In this document: in pieces, positions 1-12,315 of the stretch | Numbering within the stretch: position 1 is the stretch's first letter | Layout: every line of letters starts with the position of its first letter | NCBI GenBank assembly: GCA_030704615.1 | Contig: CM060732.1 | Span: forward strand, 21,390,001 to 21,454,000 | Direction: 5' to 3' | DNA length: 64,000 bases | Source: Takakia lepidozioides | Lineage: Eukaryota > Plantae > Bryophyta | Made by a program: the position numbers and the translations under genes | Notes under the pieces: generated by a model | Seen by the model: only the letters and a program-made list of their open reading frames with translations | Told to the model about the DNA's origin: nothing | Database searches by the model: none

Positions 1-224
1 GCTGGACTTGCAGTCCATCTGCTGTAGAGGGTAGACAACGGGGAAAAGTGAGGGGGTTGAGGGATTGAGAGTTTGTTTTTAAATTTACAGCTGAGAGAGG
101 CGGGGCCGAGATTTAGCTCGATGTACGTACGGACTAACTGGATTGGGACCATCGTGAGACAAAGAGCAGGTATCTATATTTCTCGTGGTAGAAGGACCTA
201 CACTACTAGCTAAAGCTCTATGTA

Positions 225-650
225 ATGTTAATTTGTTGAACATTGAGCCTGCAGCTGGGAACTTCCACGATCATTTGGGCAAACGCAAGTGAGGCAGATG
301 TGTGTGATGAAGCTGTGCTGCAGCTGGTTCCATGTTCTGATTCCATTTTAGGCGAGGGTTCTGTCACTCCAAACGATGAGTGCTGTGTGGCTTTGCGAGA
401 ACTCATGCTCACCCCAGATTGTCTGTGCTTTGCTGCCACAAATGCCCAAGGATTTGACAAGAGAGAGGTGCTTGGTCTGCCTCATGCATGTAGGTTACCG
501 GTCAAATCGGGCCAGACCTGCGATGGTATGTTCCACACGCTGGAGTAGCTAAGCTACGCTGGTAACCAGTAGCATTGTGAATTGACGTGAATTACGTGAT
601 CTGTCCGCACAATCATTGCTCTTTCAGGAGCGACTAAGTTCTACCTATGA
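225..650 (+). pseudogene. Non-specific lipid-transfer protein (8-Cys nsLTP/prolamin fold), probably pseudogenised
   Basis: Eight-Cys pattern with CC and CxC (DVCDEAVLQLVPC...DECCVAL...DCLCF...HACRL...QTCD). Intron 526-627 (G|gtatg...ttcag|GA) gives C-terminus GATKFYL* at 650. Signal-peptide-like start ATG225 MLIC is followed by in-frame TGA at 237-239. Confidence 0.75.
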
Positions 651-743
651 ATGCAGGGTCGATAAATGCAGAGAGATGAGGAAGAATCAAACTCTGTCCA
701 GTTTTTACACCTGCATCCCCGTCATTTCGTCTCTGCCATTTGT

Positions 744-2640
744 AGTAGGATTTTGAACTGACGTGCTGCATGTGAATGGATCTGTTGCAGGTCTCCCTAT
801 CCCAAACTAGGGGACTCAGAGGACAATCATCCAGGTTAAATAACGGGTGTGCTTCGGGAGGTAGAGGCCTCACGACTACAATTCGGATGTATATTGAACT
901 GCTGTTCTCAACTGCTATTTGAAATGAGAGAGTACAATGTGCAAAGGTGCAGGCCTGGTCTAGTTTTGTAAATGCTCTTTAAAAAACTCAGTAACTTGAC
1001 GAAGTTTGAAATTGTCACTGATCATATTACAACACAATGTCGCAAAGGTGCAGGCCTGGTCTAGTTTTGTAAATGCTCTTTAAAAAACTCTCACTGATCA
1101 ACAACTTTGTAATATGATACCTCTCTCCAACCCCTCCTTGAGACATGCACTACTCTGTGGGATTCAATGTGTTGTGCACATCTTCGCTTCGGATCCTGTT
1201 AAACATCATTGCATAGCCATGTAACGTCGAAATGAAACAGGAAAACTGCATCGTAATTTCGAGCAGAAAAATCGGCCATGTCGAACAGCTCGTTTCATGT
1301 CCACCCTTTCTTTTACCCCATTTTGGGTGGATTCAATGTTAAAATATTTGGAGAAGCCGCACAACTCTAATGCTCACCCAATGCAAATTACAAATGAGAC
1401 ACAATCCTCTAGATTAAATACTCATATTTACCAGTTGTGCACAAATGTGGTGTAAAAGACCCCACATCCAACTTATCGTAGATAACCACTTCACTCGTGC
1501 TTGTGGGTTCAATTGAAACCACACAAAGCGGTTGTGTGTTGAAGGCAGTAGTCCGTGGGTTGAAGTGACACCATAAGTTACGCTTGCTTCCACAAGAATC
1601 CACATTTTTTATTTCTAAAGACCCTGAAAACGGAAGACAATGATGTTGGGAGCTGGGCCTCAGAACGACAAGATCAAGATAAGAGGGTCCAAAGCTCTAT
1701 AAGACCTGTGCAATTACTCAAGAGTCAAGGGCATAACGGACTAGCAACCCTGTATTTAAGTGGATTTGCAAAGGAATTTTCCGGCTCGAATCATCCAATC
1801 ATTTTTCAAGGAATTTTTTAGATTATAAACTATAACTAGACCTAAGGGAAAAAACGCTTTCAAGAGTCTTGGGACCTTCAAGACAATTGGGAGATGGGAT
1901 CAAAGCCAGCTACCCACTTTCTCTACTGTGGTATGTATCATCTTCTCCACCTTCCCTTGCCCGACAGCTGTAGCAAACAGGGACGAGTCCCTCTGCTTTA
2001 GCACCATCTTTGACTCGCCTAGCCTACATAGCCTGGGCACTTCTGTACTTGGTGGATAGCTCTCACCCAGAACCGCTCCACTTCGGGGAACTCGCTGCCG
2101 GACCACAAATAACACAAACATGACCTCCCGAGCTTACCTATCATCAAATTGCATTTGCTACATCGCGAGGACGTCTGGTTCCCATCCGCACCTAGCCTCA
2201 GTTTCTCAGGGTCGCTATTGATCAATCTGTGCTTGAGTTTGCTTTGTCCAAAATGTGTGGATCGCCTGGTCCTCCGCCTTGTCCATGATTTTGAACGTCT
2301 TCACGAGCAGATCGGACGATCCGATCCATTTCCCACAGTACGCTATTATCCTTGCATGCGTCTATGTCGAATTCGATATCGCCCGTCGTTGTGTCGCCAA
2401 TATACAGTTTCTTTTCGAGTATGATTTTAGCTATTTGCTGCATATATATCTGGTCGAAAGGTAGTTTCTGCAGTTTCGCAGCCAACCTCTGTTTCTCGCC
2501 ACTACTCATTCTCCGCTTTGACCTCTTTCGACGGCAAGACCATTGAAGGATTTTCGTATGGTCTTCTTGTTCACTGCCATCCTCGAGTTTGGAAGCAGTA
2601 GGACCAGCGGGATCTGTCGATGTCATTATCTCCTCTATCT
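744..2640. repeat. Copy A of a local segmental duplication (copy B about 12702-14190)
   Basis: Colinear blocks shared with copy B: agtaggattttgaactgacg (744/12702), gtgtgcttcgggaggtagaggcctcacgac, aagaccctgaaaac, ggatttgcaaaggaattttccggc, ttcaagacaattgggagatg, and the GTE ET-domain coding region. Confidence 0.85.
941..1090. repeat. 49-bp perfect direct repeat (941-989 and 1042-1090)
   Basis: gcaaaggtgcaggcctggtctagttttgtaaatgctctttaaaaaactc occurs twice, 101 bp apart. Confidence 0.95.
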
Positions 2641-2743
2641 TACGCTTCTTTTGCACGTCTGGAAGCTTGTCCTCCAAACTCTGCTTCTGATCTGTCTCAG
2701 ACAGCATCATCCCAGACACTTCCTTATGTGGGTCTTCGAACAT
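2222..2743 (-). CDS. Truncated GTE/BET-like paralogue: ET/NET-like domain only, bromodomain absent (may be a pseudogene)
   Basis: LEDKLPDVQ...RRMSSGEKQRLAAKLQKLP...QIAKII...DIEFDIDACKDNSVLWEMDRIV closely matches the C-terminal half of 13722-14555. Intronless; first ATG at 2743. Confidence 0.65.
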   Translation of the reverse strand: MFEDPHKEVSGMMLSETDQKQSLEDKLPDVQKKRKIEEIMTSTDPAGPTASKLEDGSEQEDHTKILQWSCRRKRSKRRMSSGEKQRLAAKLQKLPFDQIYMQQIAKIILEKKLYIGDTTTGDIEFDIDACKDNSVLWEMDRIVRSAREDVQNHGQGGGPGDPHILDKANSSTD

Positions 2744-3024
2744 GATCGCTGTGATAACTCTTAGACTTGAGAGCACTATTCTCTAGCTAGACAGACTCTC
2801 TTGCCTGGCGTAGAACCAGCGCAAGTGTGAGACAGATGAGAACTGCTAGCCTCTTATATATTGCTCCTAGCCAGGCTAAAAGCAATTGCCTTTTTATCTT
2901 TTTTCTTTTTCTTTCTTGAGAAAGACCAATTATTACCGAGAGAGGAAAAGCATTACTTGATTTTACTAAAGGTAGACCTCTTTAGAAAAAATTAGCCTAC
3001 GATGGCTGGGTCAGGGTGTTACCC

Positions 3025-3115
3025 CATCGTCTCGATGTATCCCTCATGGCCCCCTCATGGTTAATTTTTCCATGATTTTACAGGCTTTCTGTAAATAAAT
3101 TAAATAATAATAATT
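3025..3115 (+). mobile_element. 3'-tail-only fragment of the SINE family at 12070/42293 (or of its partner LINE)
   Basis: tgtatccctcatggccc...ggttaatttttcc...caggctttc plus an A-rich tail is colinear with the SINE 3' region tgtacgcctcatggccc...ggttaatttttcc...caggtttcc. Confidence 0.6.
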
Positions 3116-4162
3116 AAAGTGGACTTCCTTCTACTAGCCTTAAGTTAACCCTTCAGGGCAGCAATTTATCAGAGGATAAAAACAAATTCTCAACAATTTC
3201 TGGGGGCGGTTTTGTTATCGAATCTCCCAAAACATAAGGTTAAAAATCCAACGTTTTTAGTGCCATACAAGTTGGGGAGGGACATCTATCAGCCCCCAGA
3301 ATACTGAACATAGTCACAAGTTGTCCATATGTAAACCCAAGTTTCATTTCACCGTGTAATGAATAAATGCATGGAATTCATGCAAGCCCTGCCGTATAGT
3401 AATTATGAATGATTCACAAACATCCGAGGATGGAGGCGGAAGAGGAGCTCCGCGTTCTGCGGTGAGTGAGCAAGCTCCCCGAACGGCTCTCTATGGTGGA
3501 TGGCCACCAAACTTTGGCGTTCTTCACATCGCAAAGCCTTCACATCCCCGCGCCGCTGTCCTTGCGAATCAGATCTGTATCAGGGAGCTTAACTCAAAAC
3601 AATCTCGAGCTAGTCCCCATCCCGAACATCACATCCCAAGCCTCAGCCTGATCCCTTACCTCTAATGAACTATCCATATTCATCCCTTTAGAGATTATGA
3701 TGCCCAGTACCTCTTGAGGTCTCCCATCAACCTCTTAATGCACAGCCCCTCCCTCGAGGTGCTTGATTATCCACCCGCAAGCCAATCACCTTGCCTCCAC
3801 TAACGTCGAAGTTATGGCTGCCGACAAGCTCTGGCTCGAACCGCCATGCAGCCGTCACCAGCGCTAAATTCCCTCAAACCAAGCCTGCGCTTCTCGTCTC
3901 GTCACCTTCCTCTCCTGAGAACCCACTCCAAGCTCCCCATCTGCCTCACTCAGCGTGCTCTCAGTGGCGGTTCACTGCTTGCAGCTCCGTTTCCCTTCCT
4001 TCTTCAAACTCTGTTATTCTCCAAGTTCGCTACAGCTTCACTCTTCGGGCGCTAGACTGCAGTTCTCTAGCTGCTGCCTTTTAATTTCTCCATCACTGAT
4101 TTTCCCTGGCTGAGCAACTCATTCTCCCCAACCCCTTCTCACCCTCCTTTTCTTTCCTTATC

Positions 4163-6703
4163 ATGGGCCCACTTCTCAACAAGACCTTTGGTGCAGCTTC
4201 CGCAAGGTCAGGTCCTTCTCGGCTGAGCGACCCCAGGCTGATTCCATCAACAGGCACGGGGTTTTTCATGGCGCATCAGGCCCACTTCAAAAATCTGGCC
4301 CGCTTTGATCCATCCTCCTCAGCCTTTCCTTCAGTGCCCACCTCGGTGAATGACGAATCAGGACCCATCCCCCCAACAGGTGCGGAGATCCCGGACGCAG
4401 TGGAAATCTGCAATTCTTCCCCCCCTAGTCACAATACTGATATCATGGAAGGATTCAATGAGGATATTGCAGCTCTTCAGTTTGCGATGAACAGAGATCA
4501 CCCCATGGTAGATAATATTGAAGTTTCTCACCTGGATGGTACTGTGGCTGATTTTGAGAGCAAAGGCATTCTGCTTCACTTTCCAGGCAAAAAAGTTAGT
4601 CTTGCCTTTGTGAGGGATTGGGCGATCAGGCACTTGGGGGGTTCGGGGGACCTTCTCCACCACTTCTGCCAGGCTAGAGGGAGAGGCTTCTTCTCGATTT
4701 TGCTGGATTCTAAGGAGGCAACAGACCGTGCCTTGGCTTTTAATCCGCACTTGCATGGTTTCAATGTAAACATCTTTCCATGGTCAAAGGCGATGGGAAA
4801 CCGTAACGGCAAGATCTAGAGTCCAGGAATCATCTCCCTACCCTACATCCCAGATCAATATCTCTTTTACCTGCCAAATATTGGTAACTTCTTTGGAGTA
4901 TTCTTGGGACGCATTGGTGTCTTCAATCCCTGCTCCAATATGGAGTCATTAAAAGACTACCCAGCTTGGAAAGGCAGTACCATTACATCTAGAATCAATG
5001 AGAATGGGTTTCCAAGGATTGCAGTTATGATGCCAAATGACTCAGTGCTCCCAGACTTCATCAAATTGCCAATTGACAACAAAAGGAACTTTTATTCAGT
5101 CAAGGTGTCTGAGGATACATCATCATCGGCTTGTTATTATTGTGGACTACCTGGTCACCTAAAGGCCAACTGCCCGAAGGCCAAAAGGAAAAGGGACAAT
5201 GCCAAACTGGGATCTGCGCAAGCATCCTTTCATCCCAATTCAGATCCAGTTTCTGGCACACATCAGCAGGGGCGCTTCAACCGCTACGTTGCGACGAGTC
5301 CTCCAATTTTCCATCATAGCCACGAGCCACAGGGACTGCCCCTGCTTACTAGCCATCGGGAGGTTATCTTCCAGGTTAAGGATTCCGCATGCGTCCACAT
5401 TTCCTCCTCCCCTCCGGCAAAGAAAAGAAAGGAAATTATGGACCCAATGATTCTTGAAGCATCCTCCAGATCTGTCAACAAGACTCCATGAAATAAGGGA
5501 GAAGACAGTAATAGGATGGACACCGCAGACTTGAAAGGGAAAGCAGTAGCCTCCAATTTTGATAACAGGAAGTCCAAGCAGTCGGCCTCTGCGTTCACTC
5601 CCATCCAGCGAGCGTCTCCCATTGCCCACGACCCTGTTATTGCATCTATCTGTAGCAAACTGCAATCTTTTCCTACTCTTTCCCTGAGAGGCTGCTCGCA
5701 GCTCACATCAGCTGGAGAGTTCAATGCCACCTGTATCACAGCCATGGTTTTTAGGAGAAAACCTAGACCCGCATTTCTCATCACATCAAGGGATGGAATG
5801 AACCTGGAATCTCTCTGGATCACTCTTCTCGATGTCCATTCTTTCATGTCCAAAACCCCGATGGATAAAAGCCCAATTCCCACCCTCTATGGCAAAATTC
5901 AAAACTACTTCAGCTCTAACCTACCGTTTTATTCCCCTCCTTCTCAAGAGATCATCACTTGGGGCTCCTACCCAGAGGCTTTCCCTGGTTTAAGCCAAGA
6001 CTTGTCTCCCTCCACGCACATTCTAGCTCTAATGGACGAAAAGTTGCTTCTCAACAGCGATTTCACTCTGCCGGGAGTCTGGGCGGAGCCGCCTCATTTT
6101 GATGACCCCTGCACAACCAACAAAGCTCTCTCCAGAACAAAGGACACCCTACACAATGTTTTCACCATTCTCCACGCCATTCTGGAAACTGAGGGGCTAG
6201 CCCAAAATGAGGAGATCGAGAGGCTACGCATCGAAAAAGCTTCCAAGCCAGGATTCAACCCGCTTTACAACTACAATCCAATGGGAGCTATCTCAACATC
6301 GAGTTCCTCCGACCTGCAGCGGATGCCTCAGATGCTCCCCCAGGCAATTCAGTTTCTTCACCGTCCGGCGGCCTCCCATCTTCCAATCTACGTGCCGCTA
6401 CCGTCACCTACTCCAATCACTGCACCCCAACATTCCTCACCAATCCTTGTTAGTCCCTCATTCTCAGCCCCCCCCCCCGTTCCATTTATCATTTTCTATG
6501 CTATTGCGAATTGCCCCCGGAAATGCAGAATTCTTTGTCTCCAACCCCAATTTACCTGCCCAGCAAACTGGAAACTCCTCCCATCCATTTCCTTTTCCGA
6601 GCCCACTCAGGATGGATTCTCTATTTATTTGGGGTCTGGACCGCTTCCAGCAGACATCCCTTCTTCACTCAAACAGATACTCCTCTCAGACTTCTTCATG
6701 TAG
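4163..6703 (+). pseudogene. LINE ORF1 (RRM/DUF4283-like region, CCHC zinc knuckle, long C-terminal extension)
   Basis: ORFs 4163-4819, 4904-5491 and 5516-6703 share one frame, broken only by TAG 4817 and TGA 5489. Motifs: RGRGFFSILLDS..., CYYCGLPGHLKANC. Confidence 0.8.
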
Positions 6704-6965
6704 CTCTCCTCCAGACCAGCCTCAATTCGTTTAAGATCTCTCGACTGTTCTCGATTCTTACCCATCAACTCAGTTGCTAAACCTTTCCCTCATGAGCATA
6801 GAACCCCTGTCTTACTAATAGAGCTTAGAAAACCGGTTAAGGCTGCCCCCCTCAATCACTTCTGGGTCATCTCCCTCCCCCCTCTTGACAAACGAACCAG
6901 ATTCCGCCTCATCCTATCCAGGCCATCATTTGAGACACTTCCTCTCAGCCTGCCACCCTCACAAG

Positions 6966-9900
6966 ATGCAAGTTAGCCTTTCTTTCATGGAACATTAGGG
7001 GTCTAGGCTCGGACAAGATGGCTAATAAGAAAATAAAGCTCTCCATCTGGCTTGCACCCCTGATATCCTCACAAGCTATTGTTTTTCTTCAAGAACATAA
7101 GCTCTGTGTTAGAAAAATTCAAAGCCTCACAGATCAAATCTGGCCAAAGTCAGCAGCTCTTTGGAAACCCTCTTGCGATGGCACAAAAGGAGGTATTGCT
7201 ATCCTTCTATCCCCCTCCCTAATACAATTCATTCTCAAGGATGAGATCTGGGTCCCGGGAAGAGTTCAATTTTGCTCCCTACTCTTCCCCAATGATTCCG
7301 AGCCCACGGGCTTCATCAACATCTACGCACCTAACTCTACCTCAGACAGATCAGCTCTCTGGTTCGAACTCAATGATAAGATGGCTGCAGAATCAGCAAT
7401 CCACAAATGGGTTTTAGCTGGGGACTTCAATATGGTGGAGAACTTAGAAGACAGAAAAGAACAGTATGCACAGGGTTCCCAAACCTCTCACCACCTTTCA
7501 GCTGAAGAGGACTTGGCTTGGCAAAGCCTCACTCAAAACCATAGCCTTACCGAAATTGATAGGCCCCCACACCTTGCCTCCTCCACAAGCCCTTTTTTCA
7601 CTTGGACAAATAATAGATCAGTTCTCGACCTTTGTATGGCCAGGTTGGATCGTTTTTATATATCGCTCGCTCTGGCCCCTTTTGCTCATCAAAACCACCA
7701 AGAACCAATCCACCAAGGTTTTGACCATGCTTTGATCTCGGCTAGACTCAAGCTTCCTAATTCCCACCCCAGAGGGAGAGGCATCTATAAGCTTAACTCC
7801 TCTCACCTTCGTATCCCCTTCTTCCTAGAGGCAATCAAGAAAGCTTGGACCTCTGTTGGGCTTCACCTTCTCTGCCCCATCCTCAGATTTCAAGCCAAAT
7901 TGACAGCTGCCAACAAAGTAAGTCAAAACCTCAGTAGACAGATCACTGCCGCCCAGAAGAGGAAAGCTCTAGCTCTTAAAAAATGCCTGAGTGTCTGTCA
8001 GAAAAAATTGGAGTCCAGGTCATGTGACAACCACACCTATCAAACTTACCTGGAAGCACGCATTAACCTTGAAAACTATTACCTCCTCCAGGAAGCCAAA
8101 ATCAAGTTACAAGCAGGAATCAATTGGTCAACTAAGGGAGAAAAGATGTCCAAATACTTTTTCCAAAAAATGAAACTCCGCCGAGCCACTCACACTATAG
8201 CTGATCTGTATAATTCTGCTGGTGTCAAAACGACCAACCCCAAAGAAATGACAGCAGCAGCCTTTACCCATTTCGAGACCTTGTTTCATGAAGACATGAA
8301 AGACCCTTCTTATCAAAACTGCCTTTCACAGTGCCTGGACAATTTTCCTCGAAAGCTCAAACCAGCTGATTCCATGCCGCTCACGGAGGAGATCACTATT
8401 AAAGAGCTCGAAGCAGCCCTTAAGCTTATGAACAACAACAAATCCCCTGGGATAGATGGAATGCCGGTAGAGTTCTTCAAGGCCCTGTGGTCCACTATAT
8501 CCAAGGACTTTTATGATATGGCCAATGGTATCAAAGATGTGGACCACATGCCAGCCTTCATGACACAAGGTGTCATAACGCTGCTCTTTAAGAAAGGGGA
8601 TAGGTCTAACATAGGGAACTATAGACCCATAACCCTGCTCAATGTGGCCTACAAGCTAATCGCCAAGGCCCTAGCCCTGCGCATCCAACCTCTACTCCCT
8701 GCTATGATCAGAACAGGGCAGGCAGGATTCATTAAAGGGAGGTACATCCTAGACAATATATTACTAGCCCAAGAAGCAGATTTTTAGGCCACGAATTCAA
8801 ACCAAGCCTTGGCTCTATGGCTTCTGGACTTTGAGAAAGCCTTTGACAGAGTAGACTGGACGTTCCTCATAGTAGTCCTTCATAAAGCAGGGTTGCTTGT
8901 GGGCTTCTGTCAATGGGTGACAATCCTCCTAAGAGGGGCCAGCAGCCGTGTTCTCATCAATGGTTACCTCTCTAAGCCATTCCAACTGCAAGATTGGTCA
9001 GGCAGGGGTGTCCACTAGCCCCCTTCCTCTTTCTCTTTGTAGCCGATGCCCTGGGTTACATGCTTGAAGCCAATAGCACTGTCAAGGGCCTGAAGCTCAA
9101 GAACCAGAAAACGCAACTCTGGAGGCAGGTCAAAGACTCAATGTTCGTGGACGATACCTTTCTTCTATTGGAAGCCACCCCATCTACAATGGCTACAGCA
9201 AAAACCACACTGCTTCAATTTTGTGGGGTTTCAGGGTTCAAAATCAATTGGTCCAAAACTAAAGCACTCCTGGTAAGGGATACATCTAGATCTGCTATTG
9301 GCATCGTGCCTACCTGGGGGTGCCACCTTGGGCTGGTCTGGTTGCGTGAAGGTGAAACAACCACCTTGCTGGGCCATATCTTTGGTATTAACCTTACTGA
9401 AGACCAGCGCTTTGGCCCAATAATCCAGAGGCTCAAAAAGCAGATGACATATTGGGGCTCTCGATTCCTTTCCATCACTGTAAGAGCGCTTACTGTGAAC
9501 CAGATCCTTCAAGCAGGAATCTGGTTCTTTGCGGCAGCCTGGGGGCCAAACTCGAAGACTCTTAATGAAGTAAAAAGAATTGTCAGGAACTTCATCTGGG
9601 GAGCAAACTCATCTGAGAAAAACATGAGACCCCAAGTCTCTTGGCACCAAATATGTCTCCCCAAAAAACAGGGGGGCCTAGGGGTTCTAGATCCTGAAAC
9701 TCAGATCAAAGCCTTACTTGGTAAATGACTTCCAAGATATGTGGGACCTAAAGGTGGCTGGTGGAAACTCATGGTTGCAGCTTCCATCTCTGAATCCTCA
9801 CCTATGCAAAGCACTGCCTAGGCGCCTTCATCCCGTTGGATACTGCAAGGCTTTAACCACAAAGCTCTAGGCTCCCCACTTTGGAACTCTATTTGGAAGG

Positions 9901-11181
9901 CCTGGAACTACTTCAGACCCCTCCTGAGGAAACAGGAGCCAGCTTCTTTTCACGAGGTTTTGAGACAACACCTTTTCTTTAACTCCAACAATCCCTCCCG
10001 AGAGGAAAAAGAATAGGCTAGAATATGGGCAGGTTGGGATTCAAGAGGAGTCTCCACGGTCAAAAATCTCTGGGATAGTACACCCCAGTCCCTCCAACAA
10101 GCGCTGGGGTCCAGACGCCTTCAATCAGGCATAACTGATATCATACATTCCATTCCGGATTCGTGGAAGTTTATTCTTGCAGGCGGCCCTGGCCCACATT
10201 CTCCCCACCGTTGGGTTCTCTCTAACTTCCAGAACCTCCATGTCCTTTACCTCACAGCCTCCTCAGGGTTACAGGTGTCTGGTTATCAATTCCAGGCTGA
10301 CGATTTCTCTGGTCTGCTCTCTCTTTCCTCCCAGCAGACAGTTTCTCTACCCTCTGCCTCTTGCTCACCAGCCCGGATCTGCCACTGGTCCGACCCATCC
10401 AAACAATTCAACCCTCAAGCTCCTATGGGCTCTCCCATCATTCCATGGCTGCAACAAAATTCTTTTGCTCTTATTGAAGGGTCTCAGATTTCCTCTATGC
10501 AAATTGACCCGGCAGAATGGAAATGGCTCTTCAAAGATGAACTCCTACCCTTCTTTGCATACACGGCCAAGAGAGCGTACAGGGCCCTATTGGGGGCTGC
10601 TCCCATGTATGCCCAAATGGAATAATAAATGGGGGCACGAAAATTTTGCTAATGAGAACTAGAAGTGTATTTGGGCTTTAATATTGGAGAAATCAAAATC
10701 AGCCAAGATTAGCCCTTTCCTTTGGCAGGTGGCCAACCGAGTCCTCAAAGTAGGCCAATTTCTCAACTTTGCAGAGGCTCTTCTATGCCAATGCTGCTTG
10801 ATAGGTACCATCGAAACCTTGGAGCACTGCCTCATCTACTGCAAAGCTCCCACTGCCATCTGGCCGCTAGTAAGGGACTTCTACAGAAATTGGGACCTCT
10901 TGCCAAACTCCCCGATGCAAATCTTGCTTAACTATGATCAAGCACAAAAATCCCAGGCTTCCTCATGCCCGGTCTTTGAGACCCTAAGGGCCTCCACTCT
11001 CTGGAATTTATGGAAATGCCGGTGTGCATGGGCCCTCAACAATGAAAACTCATCTCCTACAGCCCTTCTCTCTCTGGTCTTCTTTGACCTTACAATAGCG
11101 GCTAAGAAGGCATGGGCTTCATTGTGTGCAGAGGCTATCAGGAAGCCGCAGCGTCAGCCAGCCCTCCTCCATGCCTTCTGA
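6966..11181 (+). pseudogene. LINE ORF2 (APE endonuclease, reverse transcriptase, zf-RVT)
   Basis: LSWNIRGL (frameshift near 6980), FLQEHK, NIYAPN, AGDFN, ARLDRF, FDH, KSPGIDG, NYRPITLLN, DFEKAFDRV, VRQGCPLAP, MFVDD, CQCC...ETLEHCLIYC. Stops at 8785, 9726 and others; frameshift near 8995. Confidence 0.92.
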
Positions 11182-12069
11182 ACAACATGGGGGAAGCATG
11201 GGATCATTTGTAGCTGCGCTTATGATCTCACCTGTGTTTGGGCGGACTCCGTTCCACACTCTTGGCAGGGACTCAGATCCGAGCTCTTCAGCTTCCCCTG
11301 AGTTTGAAAGATCCGATGTCAATTGGAAGCACATCAGGCCCACATCCTCGGCCAAGCTTTGCTTTCATAGATAGAATGTCTTCAGTGCTTAGCTAGGGCC
11401 CATCGATACCTTCCACTTGTGCTCCGCTTTGGCTGTCCTTCCTCTCTCCGCCATCCCCGATCGCCGACCCTCTCATCTTCTCTCATCTACTCTCTTTCGG
11501 TCTTGACACCATAAGCAGCTTCTTTCGGGATCAAAACCATGTAATTTTCATGATATGCCAGTTTATTGGTAGGATTCCTCTCGCTGTGAGAGAGAGGGGT
11601 CTGTTACGTACCTAGTAATGCGTTCACCGTTCGAGAGTTATCCAGCACGGAAAACCGTGAGATCAGCCTTATGGCAGCCTTCGAGCACTTAAAGGGTTTA
11701 ATTTTTTCCCTTCAATAATCTTATCAATTAAAGCACTATCAGGGACTCGCCCCTGTTCTATATATATATATATTTTAAAAATAATAATGAATAGGTAGTA
11801 AAAATCTGGAAGATCACATAATTAGTCTAAATATCAACGGGTGGCACGCACGGTAATATCCAATGGACTTTCATTTATGGCATGCACAAGAAGTTGAACG
11901 GATGTTATTCATTAAAAAACAGAATATTCTCTTGACAACTGTCTCAATCCAATTGAAAGTCTAATCAAAAGTATCAGTGCTAAAGCAGCTGAAACCCATT
12001 GCGTAGTCCTACCTTAGGAAGGCAGGGCCAACAAATGCAAGAATGATGATTAGAGTTGAGTCAGGCTTA

Positions 12070-12315
12070 ATTTATTTTAATTTTATTTATTTATTTTGTT
12101 ATATAAAGGAAACCTGGGAGCGACAGCCCACAATTCAGGCCCCTTGAGGAGGGGGAAAAATTAACCCCCTGTCATTTATGGGCCATGAGGCGTACAGGAC
12201 GATCAATGCCCAGACATACGGTCACGAACAATCCCACACACGGGGCAGGGAAGCGGGTTTGAACCCTGAACCACCAGGGCGACACACCGTGCACTTAGCA
12301 GCTGAGCTACCAGCC
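12070..12315 (-). mobile_element. tRNA-derived SINE, copy 1
   Basis: Minus strand begins GGCTGGTAGCTCAGCTG (Pol III A box), has GGTTCAAACC (B box, 12265-12256), a unique body and an A-rich tail. A homologous copy lies at 42293. Confidence 0.85.

Larger units (their letters stand above)
3430..11773 (+). mobile_element. Near full-length degenerate L1-clade LINE
   Basis: ORF1 with zinc knuckle, ORF2 with APE endonuclease, RT and zf-RVT, 3' UTR ending in (TA)n at 11759-11772. The 5' boundary is approximate (composition change); no TSD identified. Confidence 0.9.

Noticed and set aside
12240-12315. tRNA gene
   Set aside because: A and B boxes are present but no convincing cloverleaf; it continues into a body and tail repeated at 42293, so it is a SINE head.
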